Shown: in pieces, positions 17,990 through 26,255 of the stretch
Layout of the letters: each line of letters opens with the position of its first letter
Numbering within the stretch: position 1 is the stretch's first letter
Source: Burkholderiales bacterium
GTDB taxonomy: Bacteria > Pseudomonadota > Gammaproteobacteria > Burkholderiales > Burkholderiaceae_C
Assembly (NCBI GenBank): GCA_038221635.1
Contig: JBBRID010000001.1
Coordinates: forward strand, 1-32,113
Reading direction: 5' to 3'
DNA length: 32,113 nt
The notes under the pieces: model-generated
The model's database searches: none
What the model saw: only the letters and a program-made list of their open reading frames with translations
Told to the model about the DNA's origin: nothing
Made by a program: the position numbers and the translations under genes

Positions 17990-19591
17990 TCAGTGTGGTG
18001 CAAGCGGCAATCTGATGACCACCGAGGTGCCGACACCCGGCTCGCTGGCGATCGCCAGTTCGCCCCGATGCAGCTCGACGATCCGCTTCACGATCGCCAG
18101 GCCGAGGCCTTTGCCGCCTTCAGCTGTTGCCGGTGCGACGGTATGTCGGCTCTGGTAGAAGCGGTCGAAGAGGTGTGGCAGATCGGCCTCGGCGATGCCG
18201 CGCCCGCTGTCGACGACACTGATGATCACCTGCCCGGACGCCTGGTCGACCGCCGCCTGCATCTCGATGCGTGCACCCGGAGAACAGAACTTCAGGGCGT
18301 TGTCGACGAGGTTGGCCACCGCACGTTCGAAAAGCTCGATATCAACCGCGGCAACCGGGCGATCATCAGAATCACTGGCCACATTGGTAAGCAAGCGCAC
18401 ACTCTGATTTTCAGCTCTGGCGGCAAACCGCAATCCGATGTCGTCGATCAGTTCGGCCAGATCGACTGGCTCGAGACTCAGCTTGAACTCCGGCTCGTCG
18501 AGCTGCGCCAGTTCACCCAGCGATCGCACCATGCGCGCCGTGTTGCGGGTGTTGCGCAATGCGACCTCGACCAGTCGGCGCTCTTCGTCGTCGCGCTGGC
18601 CGGGCGGGTCGAGCCGGCTCCAGCGCGCTTCGAGGGTTTCCAGGCAGGCCACGGTGGCGGTCAACGGCGAACGCAGGTCGTGCGAGAAGTTGCTGACGCC
18701 TTCGCGGCGAAAGTGATCGAGCCGGCGCAAATCGTCCCATTGGCTGCGCAGGGTAGCCAGCATGGTGTGAAATCCGCGCCTCAGGCGGGCGAATTCATCA
18801 CCTTCCGGCCCGGTCAGTGCCCCGACCGAGATGTCGGAAACCTGCGCCAGAGACGGCGGCAAGGCGGCGCCAGGTGTCGAACTCAGGCCGTCGCGGGTCA
18901 CCGCCGCGGCCTCGGCGCTCAATTCGCGCAACGGGCGCGTCACCGTTGCAACAATCCAGGCCGCCAGCAAGGTTGCCAACGCGACGACCGCCGCGATCGC
19001 AGTGAGCGCCGGGCCGACCAGCGCCGATCGAAAGCCGGCCGCTCGCCCGGGTGGCAGCGGTGGCTTGTCGCACACCATGTACAGGTAGCCGACCACCGGC
19101 CCACCGGGAAGGATCTGCTGCCGCCGCAACGGCTGCGCGGCTATCACCGCGGTGGTTTCCAAACGCTCCGGATCATCGCCCTTCACATACGGCATGGCCG
19201 GCATCGGCATGCCTTGTCCGCTGCGCCGGGTTTCGAACAAGTCGATCGCCTCTTTGACCGGACCGAGCGAGACCTTGAAATTGGCCGGCAGCTTCCTGGT
19301 TCCGGTGCCTGACAACACCATGCCGTTGGCATCCAGCAGATAAAGCTGACTGTCGGGCTCGAGCAGCACCAGATTGCGCAGGAAGATCGAGAAATCGTCG
19401 GGCTCGCGCTCATACAACTCGAACACGTTGTCGTATAGACCGACCAGCCGGGTCAAGAACATGCCGGCACGCTCGAACGTCGATTCATCCTCGAATCGCT
19501 GGAACGAATAAGCCACCGTCGAAATGACGCCAATCGCAGTGATCAGGCCGGTGATGAAGATCGTCAGTGCGATCTTGAACCGTACAGTCAA
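17990..19591 (-). CDS. HAMP-domain sensor histidine kinase (HisKA + HATPase_c)
   Basis: Two TM segments; H box SHDLRSPL, N box LVDNALKF, DSGRGI, LFDRFYQ, GKGLGL. TTG start overlaps the regulator stop (TTGA). Confidence 0.93.
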   Translation of the reverse strand: MTVRFKIALTIFITGLITAIGVISTVAYSFQRFEDESTFERAGMFLTRLVGLYDNVFELYEREPDDFSIFLRNLVLLEPDSQLYLLDANGMVLSGTGTRKLPANFKVSLGPVKEAIDLFETRRSGQGMPMPAMPYVKGDDPERLETTAVIAAQPLRRQQILPGGPVVGYLYMVCDKPPLPPGRAAGFRSALVGPALTAIAAVVALATLLAAWIVATVTRPLRELSAEAAAVTRDGLSSTPGAALPPSLAQVSDISVGALTGPEGDEFARLRRGFHTMLATLRSQWDDLRRLDHFRREGVSNFSHDLRSPLTATVACLETLEARWSRLDPPGQRDDEERRLVEVALRNTRNTARMVRSLGELAQLDEPEFKLSLEPVDLAELIDDIGLRFAARAENQSVRLLTNVASDSDDRPVAAVDIELFERAVANLVDNALKFCSPGARIEMQAAVDQASGQVIISVVDSGRGIAEADLPHLFDRFYQSRHTVAPATAEGGKGLGLAIVKRIVELHRGELAIASEPGVGTSVVIRLPLAPH

Positions 19592-20301
19592 GGCGGCGCC
19601 TCGCGCATCTTGTAGCCGGCGCCGCGCACCGTCAGGATCAATTCGGGCCGCATCGGATCGGCCTCGAGCTTGCCGCGCAGCCGGTTGATGTGTGTCGTCA
19701 CCGTGTGTTCGTAGCCGTCGTGGCTGTAGCCCCAGACGGCATCGAGCAACTGGCTGCGCGAAAACACATGCCCGGGATGCTGCGCAAAATGCAGCAGCAA
19801 CTCAAACTCGCGCGCAGTGAAATCGATGGCTTCGCCGCGCACTCGGACCAGCCGCTTCACCGGCAGGATTTCAAGATCGCCATTGCGCAGTACGGTGCCG
19901 GCACCTTGCGCATTGGCCTGCGCCGCACGCATCAGATCGGCACGGCGCAACAGGGCCTTCACCCGCGCCAGCAACTCGGCGAGCGAGAACGGCTTGGTCA
20001 GGTAGTCGTCCGCACCCAGCTCCAGCCCCAGCACGCGGTCGAGTTCGGTCGATTTGGCGGTCAGCATCAATATCGGTGCACTGCGGCCGCGCGCGCGCAG
20101 CGCCTTGCAGACCTCCAGGCCGTCCATCCCCGGCATCATCAGATCGAGGATCAGCAAATCGCTTTCGTGCTCGTTCTGGCTGGCCAGCGCGGCCACGCCA
20201 TCGGCCACCGCATGCACAACATAGCCGGCGTTTTGCAGGTTCATCACCAGCAGATCGCGGATATCGGCTTGGTCTTCGGCAACGAGCAAATTGGCTGACA
20301 T
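19588..20301 (-). CDS. OmpR/PhoB-family response regulator
   Basis: LVAEDQ, LDLMMPGMDG, LTAK, GADDYLTKPF; winged helix REFELL...HTVTTHINRLRGKLE...TVRGAGY. Confidence 0.95.
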   Translation of the reverse strand: MSANLLVAEDQADIRDLLVMNLQNAGYVVHAVADGVAALASQNEHESDLLILDLMMPGMDGLEVCKALRARGRSAPILMLTAKSTELDRVLGLELGADDYLTKPFSLAELLARVKALLRRADLMRAAQANAQGAGTVLRNGDLEILPVKRLVRVRGEAIDFTAREFELLLHFAQHPGHVFSRSQLLDAVWGYSHDGYEHTVTTHINRLRGKLEADPMRPELILTVRGAGYKMREAPP

Positions 20302-20341
20302 GGCCGAATTGTCGACCCGTATCGGCTCTTCCTTACGCCGA

Positions 20342-20367
20342 TGTGATCTTCCTGTGAGGTTTGGAGA
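20342..20367. promoter_or_regulatory. Putative OmpR-family tandem binding site in the divergent promoter
   Basis: TGTGA (20342-46), N6, TGTGA (20353-57), N5, GGAGA (20363-67): 10-11 bp periodicity. Confidence 0.45.
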
Positions 20368-20443
20368 CTTTCCCGCGAGATCGGCCGCTCAGAGTTCGGG
20401 CATCGATTCAGCAGCCCCGCTGCCCCACCTGAAGGAGCCCCGC

Positions 20444-21049
20444 ATGACGACCGTCCAGCCGTTCGACAGCCGCCGCAACAGCGTTCACCCAGCCGTCGCC
20501 CGGGCCGCAGCGTCTGCGTCCGGACTCGCCACCGACCAGACTCGCGAACCGGCGGTGGCGGTGTCGTGGCCGGAAATGGTTTCGCACCGCAGCTACCTGA
20601 TCCGCTTCGCGCAACGCAAGCTGCACGACCCGGTGCTCGCTGAAGACGTGGTTCACGATGTTTTCGAAGCGGTGATCTCGGGCCGTGCCAGCTTTGCCGG
20701 CCGGGCGGCGCTGCGCTCATGGCTGACCGCGATCCTGAAGCACAAGATCATCGATCTGGTTCGCCGACGGGTGCACTACGATGCTTTCGAAACAGTCGAC
20801 GGCAGCGATGAAAGCGGCGCCAACCACGTCGAATGCCCGCATGCCCGCCCGGACGAAGTGGCCGAGCAGCGGCAGACGCTGCAGCACACGCTGGCGCGCA
20901 TCGACAAACTTCCGCCCGGCCTGCGCGATGTGATGCGACTGCGCGTACTGTTCGATCAGCCGACCGAAGAGGTTTGCGCCAGTCTGTCGATCAGCGAAGA
21001 CAACCTGTTCGTGCGCCTGCACCGGGCCCGCAAACAGCTGCTGAGCTGA
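20444..21049 (+). CDS. ECF sigma-70 factor (TIGR02943-like)
   Basis: AAGGAG 20432-37 before ATG 20444. Region 2 LAEDVVHDVF...SFAGRAALRSWLTAILKHKIIDL; region 4 LPPGLRDVMRLR...EVCASLSISEDNLFVRLHRARKQL. Confidence 0.92.
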   Translation: MTTVQPFDSRRNSVHPAVARAAASASGLATDQTREPAVAVSWPEMVSHRSYLIRFAQRKLHDPVLAEDVVHDVFEAVISGRASFAGRAALRSWLTAILKHKIIDLVRRRVHYDAFETVDGSDESGANHVECPHARPDEVAEQRQTLQHTLARIDKLPPGLRDVMRLRVLFDQPTEEVCASLSISEDNLFVRLHRARKQLLS

Positions 21050-21130
21050 GCACGCTCGCCGCCCGCTGGTGACACCGGTTCGGTGAAGGCAACGCGGGCT
21101 GAGCCGTCGATACGCAGGCCGCGCAAAGTT

Positions 21131-21538
21131 TCAGGGTCCGGGCTCGATCCGATCCAGGCTGCGACCGCGCGCGGTGACTTCGATCTCGATCTTCATGCGC
21201 GGATCAGCCAGCCCGGCCGCGATCATCGTCGCCGCCGGACGGATGTCGCCGAACCAGCGGCTCAGCACCGGCCAGCAGAGGGAAAAATCCTCCGCACGCG
21301 GCAGGATGTAGCGAACGCGGACGATATCGGCCATCGCCGAGCCGGCCTGCTGCAGCGCGGCCTCGATATTCTTCAGGCATTGTTCGGTCTGCTGCAGCGG
21401 ATCGTCGGCGATCGTCATCGTGCGGTAGTCGAAGCCGGTCGTGCCGGAGACGAAAACCCATTCGCCGTCGACCACGGCCCGCGAATAGCCGATGCTGGCT
21501 TCGAAAGTCGATCCCGAGCTGATCAGGCGGCGCGTCAT
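21131..21538 (-). CDS. RidA/YjgF/UK114 family protein
   Basis: RRLISSGSTFE, GYSRAVV, VFVSGTTG, DIVRVR, RPAATM, KIEIEV. Confidence 0.92.
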   Translation of the reverse strand: MTRRLISSGSTFEASIGYSRAVVDGEWVFVSGTTGFDYRTMTIADDPLQQTEQCLKNIEAALQQAGSAMADIVRVRYILPRAEDFSLCWPVLSRWFGDIRPAATMIAAGLADPRMKIEIEVTARGRSLDRIEPGP

Positions 21539-21557
21539 CCGGTATGTGTGCGTCCTG

Positions 21558-22382
21558 TCAGTTGCCCAGACGCACGGTGGCGGCAGGCAGGCTTTTCATG
21601 TAGGGGCGTGGATCGAGTCGGGTGCCGGCCAAGGCAGCGGCAGCCAGAGTGGCCTGGACGAACAGTGACATCAGGCTCCCGTGCTCGGTACTGGCCATGC
21701 TCCAGCAGGCACCAAATGTGCCCTGCCGCGATTCATCGTCGAAGAAACTCAACGCCGTATTGTCGAAATTGAGATGGCCGCGACCGACCACGAACACACC
21801 GTCGAGTGCCGGGCTCGCAAACCGCTGGCGCTCGCTGCCTGTATCCGGCAGGTCGGGCTCGACGATGCCCTGCACCCGATACGCGCCCTTCAACCACAGG
21901 TGAGCCTGCGCCATGTCCTGCGGGCCGTCGAACGCGACGACATAACAGGGAATCGCACGCACGGCGTCGTCGAGCTCATCGGGCTTCGTCGGATCGGCAA
22001 GCGCAGCGCCGGCCGGCAGCAGACCACTGCGCCGCAAGGTCTTGATGGTGCGCGCGCTGCTGACAGCCGCAGCCATCGAATCGAGGTCGAGCTTGGGCAG
22101 CACGGTGATCGCAGCGACGACCGACTCGGCCAGCAGGCACTCGCCCAGGCCATCGACCTCCAGCCGCGGCCCATGGGGACGACACAGCAGGATGTCAGCG
22201 GCAGCATGTTGCGCGTCAGCCGTCGAATGGCTGTCGACGATGCGCCCCGACGTGACGATCAGTTCGGAGCCGAACATCGGTTCGCAGAATTCACACGTCA
22301 GCAGTTCGCACGGCGTCGCCGTCTCGGCATCGGACCAGGACCGAAGGCGTTTCTCGAGCTTCGCAAGGTGATCGACGAGCAT
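21558..22382 (-). CDS. DUF6602-like (PD-(D/E)xK fold) protein with degenerate active site
   Basis: SGRIVDS, ADILL, LLAESVVAAITVLPKL, YVVAFDGP, SPALDGVFV, FDN resemble DUF6602 proteins as recalled. Start ATG 22382 chosen over the ORF-track start. Confidence 0.55.
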   Translation of the reverse strand: MLVDHLAKLEKRLRSWSDAETATPCELLTCEFCEPMFGSELIVTSGRIVDSHSTADAQHAAADILLCRPHGPRLEVDGLGECLLAESVVAAITVLPKLDLDSMAAAVSSARTIKTLRRSGLLPAGAALADPTKPDELDDAVRAIPCYVVAFDGPQDMAQAHLWLKGAYRVQGIVEPDLPDTGSERQRFASPALDGVFVVGRGHLNFDNTALSFFDDESRQGTFGACWSMASTEHGSLMSLFVQATLAAAALAGTRLDPRPYMKSLPAATVRLGN

Positions 22383-22529
22383 TGCACTACGGGTTTGTTG
22401 AAGCCGTTGAATATAGCGCCGCAGCGCGAGTTGGTGGGCCAGGCGCAAAGGGTACCCGCCGACGCGGCAGAATGACATCGCCTGCCGCCAAGACATAACC
22501 CACCGACCCACACTCCGACGATTTTCGCG

Positions 22530-22901
22530 ATGCCCGACGACGCCCCCCTGCTGGTGGCCTGCCTATGTGCCCGCTGGTGCAATTTGTGCGGCGAATACCG
22601 CGCCACCTTCGTCGATGCACAGCAGCACGCTGCCGGTCGCATTCAATTCATCTGGGTTGATATTGAAGATGACGAGGACATCGTCGGCCCGGTCGATGTC
22701 GACGATTTCCCGACATTGCTGATCGCCAATGCGCAGGCGCCGCTTTTCTTCGGCCCGTTGACCCCGCAACCCGCCACGCTGGAACGGCTGCTACAAAGCG
22801 CCCATTCAAACCGTCTGGCGCCGCTCACCGACCGCCAGTCATTCGAACTCACCGCCCGCATTCGCGCCGCTGCTGATCGACTGGGCCGCCCGGGCCGTTG
22901 A
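22530..22901 (+). CDS. Thioredoxin family protein
   Basis: CLCARWCNLC (WCxxC), WVDIED, DFPTLLI, FFGPLTP. Confidence 0.85.
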   Translation: MPDDAPLLVACLCARWCNLCGEYRATFVDAQQHAAGRIQFIWVDIEDDEDIVGPVDVDDFPTLLIANAQAPLFFGPLTPQPATLERLLQSAHSNRLAPLTDRQSFELTARIRAAADRLGRPGR

Positions 22902-23016
22902 GGCAGCAGCAGGGCGACAGTTCGTTCGATCGCCGCCAGAGCCTTCCCGTCGCCGTCACGGCGGCTTCGTCGCAGCGGGTTGCGCCAGCGTCTGCCCCGT
23001 TCGACAATCGACGACG

Positions 23017-24168
23017 ATGAGTCCTCAGTCCGTTCTGCCCTTGCTGCAAAGGCCTGCGCGCTGTGACGGTGCTGCGTGGCAGAACTTCCGCCGCATCGTC
23101 AATCTGCACACGACGGCGATCATCTTCTACCTTTCGTTGGTGTTCGCCGTTTCGCGCTTTGCGATGGTGGTCAACCACGAGCTGCTCGACGCAGCCTTGT
23201 CGAGCAGCATCGTCTACCTGCGCCAAACGCTGATCAGCGGCTTTGCGGTCCTGCTTTCGATCGGCCTCACCGAGGCGCTCCTGCACGGTCGGAAACTGCC
23301 GACCTTTGCCGCGATCGCGCTTCGCACCAGTGCCGTGGGCGCCGCGGCAGTGGGAGCAGCCTTGCTGCGCCTGCTGGTCCACAACGGCAGCGTGGGCGAC
23401 ATCGAATGGAGGTGGTTCGTGCCGACGGTGGGGATCTGGCTCATCAACGGCGGCTTTGCCCACGCGCTGTTCTGGTTCGTGCGCAGCGAGAATGACACCC
23501 GCCGCCGGCTCGAGCAGGCGGCCCGTGATCACGACACGCTCGCCGCACGCGGCGTGGAGGCCCGCCTGTCGGCACTGCAGGCGCAGATCGAGCCTCATTT
23601 CCTGTTCAACACGCTGGCCCACGTGCAGCGCTTGCAGGAGACGCAGCCCGGGCGCGGCCGCGAGATGTTGCGCAGCCTGATCGACTATCTGCGCGCCGCC
23701 TTGCCCAGCATGCGCAGCAGCGGCTCGACGCTGCGCCGTGAGCTCGATCTGGCGCGTTCGTTCCTGACCATCCTGCAGATGCGGATGGGCGATCGACTGG
23801 CCTTCGAGATCCGCGCCGCACCCGACCTGCTGGATCTGCCGGTGCCGCCGATGGTCTTGCCCACACTGGTGGAAAACGCCGTCAAGCACGGCCTTGCGCC
23901 GCTGACCTGCGGCGGACGGATCGTCATTTCAGCCGAGGCCAGCGGCGACGGCCGCCTGGCGATCGAGGTGGCTGACGATGGACAGGGCTTCACCGCATCG
24001 TCGGGCAGCGGAGTCGGCCTGTCGAATACGCGCAGCCGCCTGGCCGCGCTGTTCGGTGAGTTGGCGACGCTCGAATTGCGCTCGGGTGCGAGGGCCGGTG
24101 TGGTCGCCCGGCTGGTGCTGCCAACGCTCGCGCGCCTGCCCGCCGGTCATTCAGAAGGCCATTCGTGA
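23017..24168 (+). CDS. LytS/YehU-type sensor histidine kinase
   Basis: Multi-TM N-terminus; LQAQIEPHFLFNTL, YLRAALP, RMGDRL, TLVENAVKHG, DDGQG, GVGLSNTRSRL. Confidence 0.93.
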   Translation: MSPQSVLPLLQRPARCDGAAWQNFRRIVNLHTTAIIFYLSLVFAVSRFAMVVNHELLDAALSSSIVYLRQTLISGFAVLLSIGLTEALLHGRKLPTFAAIALRTSAVGAAAVGAALLRLLVHNGSVGDIEWRWFVPTVGIWLINGGFAHALFWFVRSENDTRRRLEQAARDHDTLAARGVEARLSALQAQIEPHFLFNTLAHVQRLQETQPGRGREMLRSLIDYLRAALPSMRSSGSTLRRELDLARSFLTILQMRMGDRLAFEIRAAPDLLDLPVPPMVLPTLVENAVKHGLAPLTCGGRIVISAEASGDGRLAIEVADDGQGFTASSGSGVGLSNTRSRLAALFGELATLELRSGARAGVVARLVLPTLARLPAGHSEGHS

Positions 24169-25376
24169 GCGCTGTCCTGGCACCTACGCAAACGGCCCCG
24201 GTGGCATTGCAGCCTGTCGGCGTCGGCCGCCACGCATGGAACGCCTTGCGCTCGCTGTGCTGGCGCGAAACGGGCTGGTTCGTGTTGCTCGGCGGCTTGC
24301 TCGGCGGCATGAACCTGATCACCTTGTCAGACCCGTCGGTCGGAACAATCAATGTCCGCACGATGATCGCCGGAACCATCGGCCCGATGGTTTGCTCGCT
24401 GCTGCTGCTGATGGCCTGGCTGCCTGCCGATCGCAGCGCCAGCGATTCGCCGTTTCGTGTGCATCGGCTGGTGGCGGCGGTGGTGATCGCGACGGCGCTG
24501 AGCGCACTGCTGGTGCCGCTGCTGCTGCGCCTGCTCGAGCTGCCGACCGCGATGGAGCTTGCGTACCAGCGCAAGAACAAGGCTCCGCCGGGTTGGCTGG
24601 CCATGTTTCTGGCCGACAGTCTGGCCACCTTGATTCCTTCCAGCCTGGCCGTGGCCGTCCTTGAGATGGCAGGCCGGCACCGGCGCAGCGAGTTGGCGGT
24701 GTCGACCGCTCTGGACGAACACGCCCGGCTTGCCCGGGCGACCCTCGAGTCTCGGCTGGCGGCGATGCAGGCGCAGGTCGAACCGAGGCTGCTGTTCGAC
24801 GTGTTGGTCGATATCGAACGGCTCTATGGCGAGGAGCCTGCCAGCGCCGCGCCCGCTGACCGCGCCACCGCCGTGACCCAGATGGACCGCCTGATCACCT
24901 ACCTCCGCGTGGCGCTGCCCAAGTTGCGCGAGGCCGGCTCGACGATCGCGGCCGAGGTCGATCTACTCACGTCGTACCTCGATCTGGTACAAGGAATGCA
25001 CGGCGGGCAGCCGCGTTTCGTGGCCCGCGTGCCGCCCGAATTGTCGAGCCTGACATTTCATCCGATGTTGCTGCTGCCGCTGATTCAGCGCGCCCTGCGA
25101 TCGCAAGCGTCGCTGCCGCACCAGATCGAGCTCGAAGTCTCTGCACAGCTTAAGCGACTGCGCCTGGTGCTGACGATTGCCGCCCCCGCGCTGTGCCAGG
25201 ACGACGACGAATTGCAGCGGCTGCGCGAACGGCTGCAGGTGCTCTACGCGGGCCGCGCCAGCCTGCAATGCGAAGACCTGCCAATGCCAGCCGTGAGCAC
25301 CACCAGCGAGCCGCCCGAGGCGTCGAACACCGAGCCGCTGCGCATCACCCGCTTCACGCTGGAGTTGCCGCGGTGA
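24165..25376 (+). CDS. LytS-like membrane pseudokinase (His and ATP-binding boxes lost)
   Basis: MQAQVEPRLLFDVL (H to R), YLRVALP retained, LLPLIQRAL in place of LVENAxKH, no DxGxG or GxGL, RERLQVLY retained. GTGA overlap with the upstream kinase. Confidence 0.8.
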   Translation: MSAVLAPTQTAPVALQPVGVGRHAWNALRSLCWRETGWFVLLGGLLGGMNLITLSDPSVGTINVRTMIAGTIGPMVCSLLLLMAWLPADRSASDSPFRVHRLVAAVVIATALSALLVPLLLRLLELPTAMELAYQRKNKAPPGWLAMFLADSLATLIPSSLAVAVLEMAGRHRRSELAVSTALDEHARLARATLESRLAAMQAQVEPRLLFDVLVDIERLYGEEPASAAPADRATAVTQMDRLITYLRVALPKLREAGSTIAAEVDLLTSYLDLVQGMHGGQPRFVARVPPELSSLTFHPMLLLPLIQRALRSQASLPHQIELEVSAQLKRLRLVLTIAAPALCQDDDELQRLRERLQVLYAGRASLQCEDLPMPAVSTTSEPPEASNTEPLRITRFTLELPR

Positions 25377-26140
25377 GACCACACCCCACCGCGATGGTCG
25401 CCGAAGACGAGGCCACGTTGCGCCAGCAATTGGTCGAGCAACTCGCGCAGCTGTGGCCGGAGCTGCAGGTGATCGGCGAGGCCGAGAACGGCGTGCAGGC
25501 ACTGCGCCTGATCGACGAATTGCGGCCTGACGTGGTTTTCCTCGACATCGAGATGCCTGGCGCGACCGGCCTCGAAGTGGCGCGCCAGGCCAGTGGTCGC
25601 AGCCACGTGGTCTTCGTCACCGCCTACGACCAGCACGCGGTCGCGGCGTTCGACCAAGGCGCGGTCGATTACGTGCTGAAGCCGGTGTCGGCTGCGCGCT
25701 TGTATACCGCGATCGGGCGGGTGCGCGAACGGCTTGCAGCCAGCGCCCCGCCGGCCCGCCTCGACGCCTTGTTCGGTACGCTGGCTGGCGCCGGCTCGGG
25801 CACAGCGTCGCGCAGCCCGCTGCGCTGGATCAATGCATCGGTCGGACAGACGATGAAACTGATCACCGTCGACGAGGTGGCGTATTTCCAGGCCGACAAC
25901 AAATACACACGCGTCGTCACCCGAGACGGCGACGCGCTGATCCGCAAATCGCTGAAGGAGTTGCTCGACGAACTCGACAGCCAGCAGTTCTGGCAGATCC
26001 ACCGCAGCACCGTTGTCAACGCGGTGGCGGTGGCCGGGGTCAGCCGCGACTTTCGCGGCCATCTGGTGCTCAGGCTGAAGGAGCGCAGCGAGACGCTGCA
26101 AGTCTCGGACAGCTACAGCCACCGCTTCAAGCAGATGTGA
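25373..26140 (+). CDS. LytTR family response regulator
   Basis: GTG 25373 overlaps the upstream stop. VAEDE, FLDIEMPG, FVTAYDQ, DYVLKP; LytTR domain YFQADNKYT, FWQIHRSTVVN, VSDSY. Confidence 0.93.
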   Translation: MRPHPTAMVAEDEATLRQQLVEQLAQLWPELQVIGEAENGVQALRLIDELRPDVVFLDIEMPGATGLEVARQASGRSHVVFVTAYDQHAVAAFDQGAVDYVLKPVSAARLYTAIGRVRERLAASAPPARLDALFGTLAGAGSGTASRSPLRWINASVGQTMKLITVDEVAYFQADNKYTRVVTRDGDALIRKSLKELLDELDSQQFWQIHRSTVVNAVAVAGVSRDFRGHLVLRLKERSETLQVSDSYSHRFKQM

Positions 26141-26169
26141 TCGACGCCATCGTTGCTTGACAGTATCCT
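26141..26169 (+). promoter_or_regulatory. Possible sigma70 promoter for tricorn protease
   Basis: TCGACG (26141-46), N17, TATCCT (26164-69); 4/6 match in each box. Confidence 0.3.
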
Positions 26170-26255
26170 CGGCGCGAGATCCCACCGTGCCCGGCAGCTT
26201 TGCGCCTGTCAGTGGGCGCCGGGTTCGTCACTCGCCGAACAAAGGACGCTTTCTC

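Noticed and set aside
24165-25376. Calling the second LytS gene a pseudogene
   Set aside because: The reading frame is intact and coupled on both sides; only catalytic boxes are lost, which fits a pseudokinase better.
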